A stretch of DNA of 64,000 bases from a candidate division WOR-3 bacterium (GTDB taxonomy: Bacteria > Hydrothermota > Tepidihabitantia > Tepidihabitantales > Tepidihabitantaceae). Positions 57,467 to 64,000 of the stretch are shown here, piece by piece. How positions within the stretch are numbered: position 1 is the stretch's first letter; the number at the start of each line of letters is the position of its first letter. The stretch is taken from positions 15,455 through 79,454 of the forward strand of contig CBFGJV010000011.1 in NCBI GenBank assembly GCA_965649205.1, read 5' to 3'. The notes under the pieces were generated by a model, which searched no databases, was not told the DNA's origin, and was given only the letters and a program-made list of their open reading frames with translations. The position numbers and the translations under genes are program-made.

Positions 57467-58924
57467 ATGGCTAACTGGAACGGACCTTTGGAAAAAATTG
57501 ACGATACGCGGCTGCGGATTCCGAAGAGCTATAAACCGCAGATGCGCGTTGATGGTATTATTTACGCTGATGCAAATCTTTTGGAAGATATAAAGCGCGA
57601 CCAGGCGCCAGAGCAGGTGGCGAATGTAGCTACCTTGCCCGGTATTGTTGGTCAGTCTATGGCAATGCCGGATATTCACTGGGGCTACGGATTTCCTATT
57701 GGCGGGGTGGCGGCTTTCCGCGTTGAGGATGGTATAGTTTCACCGGGCGGAGTGGGGTATGACATCAATTGCGGTGTGCGGCTGCTGCGTACCAAGCTGA
57801 GTCGGGAAGACTTGAAGCCGGAGCTTCTGCGTAAGCTGGTCTATTCCATTTACAATAATGTGCCTTCGGGCGTAGGCTCCAAGGGCAAGATAAGGATTTC
57901 GCAGGCAATGGTGCGGGAAGTGCTTACCAAGGGCGCGCGCTGGGCTGTGGAGCAGGGTTACGGAACCGAAGAAGACTTGGAATACACCGAGGAGCATGGC
58001 GAAATGGCTGGTGCAGACCTGGCTGGAGTGTCGGCCCGGGCTCTGGAGCGGGGTATGCCGCAACTGGGCACCTTAGGCGCGGGGAATCATTTTCTGGAGA
58101 TACAGGAAGTAGTAGAGGTGTATGACCAGAAGGCGGCCGAGACACTGGGTATCTGGCCCGGGCAGATTACGGTGATGATTCATACCGGTTCGCGCGGACT
58201 AGGATATCAGATTTGCGACGATAATGTGAAAACGCTTGTGGCTGCGGCGCGGAAGTACGGAGTGGAGCTGGTGGATAAACAGCTGGCCTGTGCGCCAATT
58301 GATTCGCGTGAGGGCAGGTTGTACTTCGGGGCGATGGTGTGTGCGGCTAATTACGCCTGGGCGAACCGGCAGGCAATTGCGCACTGGGTACGGGAGGCAT
58401 TCAGTCAGGTGCTGGGGCTTCCGGTTGAGCAGCTGGGTATGACGCAGGTGTACGATGTGGCACACAATATTGCCAAGTTCGAAGAGCACGAGGTGAACGG
58501 AAAGAAGATGAAGCTGTGTGTGCATCGCAAGGGTGCCACCAGGGCTTTTCCGCCCGGCCATCCGGCCCTGCCGGCAAAGTATCGTGATCTTGGACAGCCG
58601 GTATTGATTCCCGGAGATATGGGCACGAGTTCGTATCTTCTGGTTGGCACTGAAACCGCAGCGAAGGAAACTTTTGGTTCTGCCTGTCATGGGGCGGGGC
58701 GGGTGTGGTCGCGCACCAAGGCGCTGGAAGAAACTAAACACCGCAACGTGGCCGAGGAATTGCAGGCCAAGGGCATAATGGTAATGGCGGCAAGTAGGGA
58801 GGTGTTGCGCGAAGAAGTGCCGGATGCGTACAAAGATGTGGATGCGGTGGTGGATGTGTGCCACCGGGCCGGCATTGCGCGCAAGGTGGCAAGGATGAAG
58901 CCTCTGGGAGTAGTGAAAGGCTAG
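57467..58924 (+). CDS. rtcB: RNA ligase RtcB
   Basis: MPDIHWGYG, DINCG, GNHFLE, HTGSRG, HRKGATR, HGAGR, YKD. Confidence 0.96.
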   Translation: MANWNGPLEKIDDTRLRIPKSYKPQMRVDGIIYADANLLEDIKRDQAPEQVANVATLPGIVGQSMAMPDIHWGYGFPIGGVAAFRVEDGIVSPGGVGYDINCGVRLLRTKLSREDLKPELLRKLVYSIYNNVPSGVGSKGKIRISQAMVREVLTKGARWAVEQGYGTEEDLEYTEEHGEMAGADLAGVSARALERGMPQLGTLGAGNHFLEIQEVVEVYDQKAAETLGIWPGQITVMIHTGSRGLGYQICDDNVKTLVAAARKYGVELVDKQLACAPIDSREGRLYFGAMVCAANYAWANRQAIAHWVREAFSQVLGLPVEQLGMTQVYDVAHNIAKFEEHEVNGKKMKLCVHRKGATRAFPPGHPALPAKYRDLGQPVLIPGDMGTSSYLLVGTETAAKETFGSACHGAGRVWSRTKALEETKHRNVAEELQAKGIMVMAASREVLREEVPDAYKDVDAVVDVCHRAGIARKVARMKPLGVVKG

Positions 58925-59008
58925 GGGGCAGAGAGAGGAGTAGAGTGTCCGGTTTTGGACTTCCGCACACTTGATCTCTTGACTTCTTGAGAACACGAAT
59001 CCTCCGCC

Positions 59009-60790
59009 ATGTCTTTTGCTGAAAAGGTGGCGCAGGCGCCAGAAAGTCCGGGCGTTTATCTACTGAAAGACGCCAAGGGGAGGGTTATCTATATTGGCAA
59101 GGCGCGGTGTCTGCGCGATCGGCTCCGGGCTTACACCCAGCCTGCTGACAATCCCCGGCTTGCCGCGATGCAGCGCCGGCTGGCAGACCTGGAAACTGTG
59201 GTCACGCGTTCTGAAGTGGAGGCACTGGTTCTGGAGGAGAATCTCATCAAGATAAAGAAGCCGCGCTACAATGTGCGACTGCGGGACGACAAGAAGTTTC
59301 CCTATCTGAAGATTACGATGGCAGAGCCGTTTCCGCGTATTTTTGTCACCCGCAATCTGAAGCAGGACGGGTCGGTCTTCTTCGGACCGTACACTTCGGC
59401 CCGTGAATTGCGCAAAGCGTTGAAAGCGGTGAAGCGTATATTTCGCATTAGGACCTGCAAGCACCGGTTGCCTGAGGAGAAGCCGGTTCGACCCTGCCTC
59501 AACTACCAGTTGAATCGTTGTACTGCTCCCTGTGCCGGGTTGGTCACGCAGGACGACTATCAGCAGCAGGTGAAGGATGTTGTCGGGTTTCTTTCCGGCC
59601 GTTCCGACGAGCTTATTCAGAAGATGGAGCGCAGAATGTGGCGTGAGTCTGATGCGCAGAACTTCGAGCGGGCCGCAATTCTGCGCGATCAGCTACTGTC
59701 GCTGCGGGAAATACGCAAGGACCAGCAGGCTGTACTGCCGGACAAGACCAGCCGGGACATTGTCGGGCTGAGCCGTGGCGAGCACGCTGCTGTGGCGGTG
59801 GTGTTTCGCGTGCGGGAAGGCAAGATTGTGGCGCGCGAGAAATATCCGTTGCGGGCAGATAGGGATGTTTCTGACGCTGAGGTACTTTCGACGGTTATTC
59901 GCTCGGTACATGGCCATACCGCGGATATTCCCGAGGAAATAATTCTGCCGGTTGCCATTGAAGATGCGGAAGTGCTGGAAGCGATGTTTGCCGAGCGCAG
60001 GGGACGCAAGGTGAGGATAGTCGTGCCGGAAAGGGGCGAGAAGGTGCGTCTTCTGGAACTGGCCAGAGCTAATGCAGACAAGGCATTGGTGGAGCTGCGG
60101 CCAGAGGAGCGCGTACCCAAGGCAAGCAAGGAGCTGGCGCAGATACTGGGGCTGGAACAGGTGCCAAGGCTGATTGAGGGCGTGGACATATCCAATACTC
60201 AAGGAACGAATGCGGTTGGTTCCATTGTGGTATTCCGGGACGACCGACCCCTGAAGAAGGAGTATCGGTTGTTCAAGATAAGGACGGTAAAGGGAGCAGA
60301 TGACTTCGCTATGATAGAGGAGGTACTTGCTCGCCGGGTACGGGGACTCTTGGAAAAGAACCGGCCTCTACCTGACCTAGTGCTGGTAGATGGCGGCAAG
60401 GGACAGCTTTCCTCTGCGGTCAGAGCGTACAGTCAGGTTGATCAGGACATTCCAATTCTCGGTCTGGCCAAACGTACAGATACGCTTTACTACCTGGATG
60501 GCCGGGAAATCACGATTCCGGTCACCTCACCGGCGTTGAAACTCCTGAAGCGCATACGGGACGAGTCGCACCGATTTGCCATCACCTTTCACCGCAAGTT
60601 GCGCGGCAAGGCGCAGACCCGGTCTGAACTGGATGACATTCCTGGTATCGGCCCCGCGCGCAAGAAGGCGCTCATCCAGCACTTCGGCAGTCTGGACAAG
60701 CTCAGATTGGCGTCGGTCGATGATATCGCCAAGGTCAAAGGCTTTGGCCCGGTGCTGGCTGAGAAGATACATGAGGCTATTCATACCTAA
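59009..60790 (+). CDS. uvrC: Excinuclease ABC subunit C
   Basis: GVY..IYIGKA, DISN, DGGKGQ, RDESHRFA, HhH. Confidence 0.96.
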   Translation: MSFAEKVAQAPESPGVYLLKDAKGRVIYIGKARCLRDRLRAYTQPADNPRLAAMQRRLADLETVVTRSEVEALVLEENLIKIKKPRYNVRLRDDKKFPYLKITMAEPFPRIFVTRNLKQDGSVFFGPYTSARELRKALKAVKRIFRIRTCKHRLPEEKPVRPCLNYQLNRCTAPCAGLVTQDDYQQQVKDVVGFLSGRSDELIQKMERRMWRESDAQNFERAAILRDQLLSLREIRKDQQAVLPDKTSRDIVGLSRGEHAAVAVVFRVREGKIVAREKYPLRADRDVSDAEVLSTVIRSVHGHTADIPEEIILPVAIEDAEVLEAMFAERRGRKVRIVVPERGEKVRLLELARANADKALVELRPEERVPKASKELAQILGLEQVPRLIEGVDISNTQGTNAVGSIVVFRDDRPLKKEYRLFKIRTVKGADDFAMIEEVLARRVRGLLEKNRPLPDLVLVDGGKGQLSSAVRAYSQVDQDIPILGLAKRTDTLYYLDGREITIPVTSPALKLLKRIRDESHRFAITFHRKLRGKAQTRSELDDIPGIGPARKKALIQHFGSLDKLRLASVDDIAKVKGFGPVLAEKIHEAIHT

Positions 60791-60856
60791 GTAATTCTTG
60801 ACAGGTGCCTGCCGACAGGAATAATGGCCTCTGAACACATCAAGAAAGGAAGGACG

Positions 60857-61273
60857 ATGATTAGGCTAATCAGTGCGGTTGCATTTTTGCTGCTGGTCGT
60901 GGGATGCGGCGGACAACCTCGCCAAGCGAAGATAGAAACTCAGCCGCCGGCTCCGAGCGGAGCAGTGGTTGAGACCGAAAGCACGACGGCAGATACGGCT
61001 GTACCGGCGCCGGCCGGAGTGTCTTTCTCCGGACAGGTTCAGCCTATTTTCGCCGCGAGTTGCATCGCTTGTCATTCACCCAAAGGCAGTGTGCCGAAGT
61101 ACGACCTGACCACGTATAGCAGTGTTGCGAAGCTCGTAGTTGCGGGCGAGGCGGAGAAGAGCAAGTTGTACACTATTCTGAAGCAGGGCAAGATGCCTCC
61201 TTCCGGCAAGCTGAGTGAAGACAAGCTGGAGCTCATACGCAACTGGATAAACCAGGGCGCTAAGGACAACTGA
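60857..61273 (+). CDS. Monoheme cytochrome c lipoprotein (Planctomycete cytochrome C-like domain)
   Basis: VVGC lipobox; VQPIF..CIACH..MPP..I.NWI.QGA. Confidence 0.88.
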   Translation: MIRLISAVAFLLLVVGCGGQPRQAKIETQPPAPSGAVVETESTTADTAVPAPAGVSFSGQVQPIFAASCIACHSPKGSVPKYDLTTYSSVAKLVVAGEAEKSKLYTILKQGKMPPSGKLSEDKLELIRNWINQGAKDN

Positions 61274-61554
61274 GATCTGTAGAGTCGGGACACAGGACAT
61301 TTTATTTGTGCTACACAGGGATTTTGTGCTGTATCTGTCCGTCGCATTGGCGGCGCTGCTGTTTTTCCGGACGCACAGTGACCAACGGTACTGGCGAAGA
61401 TCCCTCTAAGAAGATTCAGTTCCATTAGGAAAACGGAAGCGGTTTGCGTCTGGTATGGGCTGGGTAGCAACGGAGAGCCGATTTGCGAGGGGACTTGTTT
61501 CGTCCGGCTGGGTGAGGAAATACCATCGGTAGTCCGGGTGCAACTTATTCGCTA

Positions 61555-62616
61555 ATGCGAGGTTCGTTATTGGTTATGGGAGCCGGATTTGTGCTCCTCG
61601 CCGCAGCCTGCGTATGGTCTGCTCTTGCTGCGCGGTCATATGCGTTAACCGTGGAAGCAGGTGAGACCATATACCTGCCGCAGGTTGACGATATGCTTAC
61701 GATGTTGGAACCACGGTGCCAGCTGTATGCAGATTCAATGAGTCCGCGAAGTTATTCCGCGGTCTTGCTTTTTGCCGGCGCGACCGATTCGGGTCGCGTC
61801 CTCCGTGTGAATCATCCAGTTGGGTATCGCGGATACCGTTTCTACCTAATGTCGTTCTGCGGAGATTCCATCGGGCTGGTTGTGCGGCGAAATCCATCCT
61901 GGTTGTTGCTTCTATTGTCTCTGGGCCTGGTATGCTTTGGTACAGTCGGCTTGGCCGTGTCGCTGGTGCGGCGTGACGCGCAACAGGGAGACAAACCGGC
62001 AGTCTGGGTGCGCTTTGCAGCTCTGCTGCCGTCGCTGGTGGTGGCGGTGTTCTTTGTTCTCCGTACGGTGCAGGCCGGACATTTACCTTTTGCCAATATG
62101 TACGAGGCAATGCTTTCTTTTTCTCTTGCCACTCTGCTTTTTGTTGTCTCCACTCGTGACGCCAGTCCTGCCGCATTGCTCATTGGCGTGGTACTCGGAG
62201 CAGTTCTTTTTATTCTGCCAGCCCGGTTGTCTGCTATCCGGCCTCTGCCACCGGCTTTGCACAGTGTTTGGTTCGAACCGCATGTGGCGTTCGCCTTTGC
62301 CGGGTACGGCGGTTTAGTAGTTGCAGTTCTGAGTACGCGTCGAGGCCCTGCTCTGCCTCTGGCCTTTGCCGCGTTTACTCTGGCTGTTGCCTTCGGTGCA
62401 GTATGGGCAGAGCAGGCCTGGGCCAGATTTTGGTCCTGGGACCCGAAGGAAACCTGGTCTTTAGTCACCTGGATGTTTATGGCTGCGGCGGTAGGAATGC
62501 GCATCCTGCGTCGTCCCAAACTGGAGCGAATCGCAGCAGGGTTTGCTCTTGCCGCGGTGACCTACAACTTTGTTATCGTCAACCTGATTCTGCGTGGGCT
62601 GCACAGTTACCGATAG
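61555..62616 (+). CDS. ccsA: Compact fused CcsBA (ResB fragment plus CcsA) cytochrome c synthase
   Basis: VNHP..YRGYRFY (ResB-like); GHLPFANMYE, H, WAEQAW..WSWDPKETW, GLHSY. Confidence 0.88.
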   Translation: MRGSLLVMGAGFVLLAAACVWSALAARSYALTVEAGETIYLPQVDDMLTMLEPRCQLYADSMSPRSYSAVLLFAGATDSGRVLRVNHPVGYRGYRFYLMSFCGDSIGLVVRRNPSWLLLLLSLGLVCFGTVGLAVSLVRRDAQQGDKPAVWVRFAALLPSLVVAVFFVLRTVQAGHLPFANMYEAMLSFSLATLLFVVSTRDASPAALLIGVVLGAVLFILPARLSAIRPLPPALHSVWFEPHVAFAFAGYGGLVVAVLSTRRGPALPLAFAAFTLAVAFGAVWAEQAWARFWSWDPKETWSLVTWMFMAAAVGMRILRRPKLERIAAGFALAAVTYNFVIVNLILRGLHSYR

Positions 62617-62624
62617 GAGGAGCA

Positions 62625-63317
62625 ATGCTACTGGTTCTGGTTATGTTTGCCTTTCCGCCTCAACGTATCGCCAATCTGCCGACCGGCCGTCTGGTAGAGT
62701 CCGGACACTGGCAGCTATGCCTGTCGCATCGTTTCCTTTCCCCCGCTAATAACGACGCATTGAGGGGGAATCTGTTCAATTTTCTCACTGGGCCCACGGT
62801 GCGGGTTACGGCAGACCGGGGTTATCGCAAATGGAGCATAGGAGGGGCCGCAGGCAACGCTGGGCACGAGCTTGCGCTTCGTGCCGGATACGCGCCAGGA
62901 AAATTCGCTACTCTGTATGGCGAGGTATCAGCCAACGTGGTGAGTTTGAGGGTAGAAGATGTCTGGACCAGTGTCTTGGCCTCCGTACCGTGGACACCAT
63001 CGCCTGTTCTGCACTTTGTTGCGGCGCCGCAGGTGGCGGTGTCTATTGAGAGCTTGTTTGCAAGCCTTGGTCTGGGAGTTGTTGCCAGTCCGGGGCAGGA
63101 TTTGTCCCTGGGGCTTGAGCTAGAGCCGGTTCTGCTGGGTAAAGCTGATAAGCTTGCATGGAATCTGGCTCTGGACAAGAAGCTCGGCTGGCACAACTTC
63201 ACGCTGGTGCTCGGCAACTCTTACTATCAGCAGGCACCGTACCGTTTTTCCCGCGCCAACCGAGACATCACCAAGGGCTTTTTCCGAATTGGATTCAATA
63301 TCCTGCGTAAGTTCTGA
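62625..63317 (+). CDS. DUF5777-like beta-barrel protein
   Basis: NLPT..SHRF..H.F.L...N..IGFNILRKF; AGGAGG SD. Confidence 0.7.
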   Translation: MLLVLVMFAFPPQRIANLPTGRLVESGHWQLCLSHRFLSPANNDALRGNLFNFLTGPTVRVTADRGYRKWSIGGAAGNAGHELALRAGYAPGKFATLYGEVSANVVSLRVEDVWTSVLASVPWTPSPVLHFVAAPQVAVSIESLFASLGLGVVASPGQDLSLGLELEPVLLGKADKLAWNLALDKKLGWHNFTLVLGNSYYQQAPYRFSRANRDITKGFFRIGFNILRKF

Positions 63318-63361
63318 ACAAGGCTGCTTGAAGCAAGAGCGTCTGTCCGTATAGTTGAGCG

Positions 63362-64000
63362 ATGAGGCCGGCTTCTCTTCTGTTAACCAACGTTGGCCAG
63401 CTGCTGACGATGACCGGCGAAGGCTTGGGCATCATTGAGAACGCCTGGGTGCGGCTTGAGGATGGTAGAGTTGCAGATGTAGGACAGGGAGATTCAGGGT
63501 TTCAGGTTTCAGATTCTGAAGTTGTGGACTGTCGTGGCTGTGTGGTGATGCCCGGGTTTGTAGACCCGCACACGCATCTTGTGTTCGGAGGCTGGCGGGC
63601 AGATGAGTTCGAGCAGAGACTTCTTGGCAGGAGCTACAAGGAGATAGCACAGGCTGGAGGCGGAATTCTTTCCACGGTAAAGGTAACACGGGCCGCAGGC
63701 GAGGACGAATTGTACGAGCGTGCCCTGGAGAGGCTGCGCGAGATGTCTGTCTGGGGCACGACCACGGTCGATGTGAAGTCCGGTTATGGCTTGGATACAG
63801 AGAACGAACTCAAGATGCTGCGCGTGGCAAGGCGGCTGGGCAAGGTCGGCATTGCTACTGTGGTGCCGACGTTCATGGGAGCGCATTCTGTACCAGAAGG
63901 GTTGGACAGGCCGGACTATGTTCGACTCATCATTGAGGAGATGCTGCCGAGGGTAGCGGAAGACAGACTTGCCCGGTTCTGCGATGTGTTCTGTGAGAGC
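63362..64000 (+). CDS. hutI: Imidazolonepropionase (3' end runs off the window; absent from the ORF track)
   Basis: PGFVDPHTHLVF, GGGILSTV, KSGYGL, TFMGAH, CDVFCE. Confidence 0.95.
   Translation, partial: MRPASLLLTNVGQLLTMTGEGLGIIENAWVRLEDGRVADVGQGDSGFQVSDSEVVDCRGCVVMPGFVDPHTHLVFGGWRADEFEQRLLGRSYKEIAQAGGGILSTVKVTRAAGEDELYERALERLREMSVWGTTTVDVKSGYGLDTENELKMLRVARRLGKVGIATVVPTFMGAHSVPEGLDRPDYVRLIIEEMLPRVAEDRLARFCDVFCES

Noticed and set aside
62268..62624. N-terminal extension of the beta-barrel ORF
   Set aside because: Overlaps ccsA out of frame; ATG 62625 has an AGGAGG SD
1..64000. CRISPR array, rRNA, tRNA, prophage
   Set aside because: No regularly spaced repeats, cloverleafs, rRNA signatures or phage structural genes were seen

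Overview
Bacterial chromosomal window. The gene repertoire (several secreted peptidases with T9SS-like C-terminal domains, PKD/propeller lipoproteins) suggests an FCB-related lineage such as candidate WOR-3; this is inference only. Bases 1 to ~13.9 kb are a visibly GC-richer accessory region for ion and metalloid handling. It holds an ArsP-like permease/thioredoxin/DGC cluster, which is interrupted by a 571-aa fusion of a putative reader domain, a nuclease and a nitrilase-fold domain. It also has a tiny lipoprotein with a possible Sec codon, an acr3 remnant, and mgtA with a 17-codon uORF and a hairpin-rich in-frame insert. A fluoride riboswitch heads a 4-gene antiporter/DUF6062 operon, and the region ends in gene remnants and a dead DDE transposase. 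The remainder is mostly core genes (accD, radA, dnaB, coaBC, rpoZ, gmk, yicC, dtd, glyS, parAB, truA, ileS, mscL, rtcB, uvrC, ccsBA, partial hutI). It also carries a hicBA pair and an McrBC system whose McrB has three tandem N-terminal domains. About ten genes show a promoter-to-start spacing typical of leaderless mRNA. No rRNA, tRNA or CRISPR array was seen. All family assignments come from motif recognition by eye, not from database searches.
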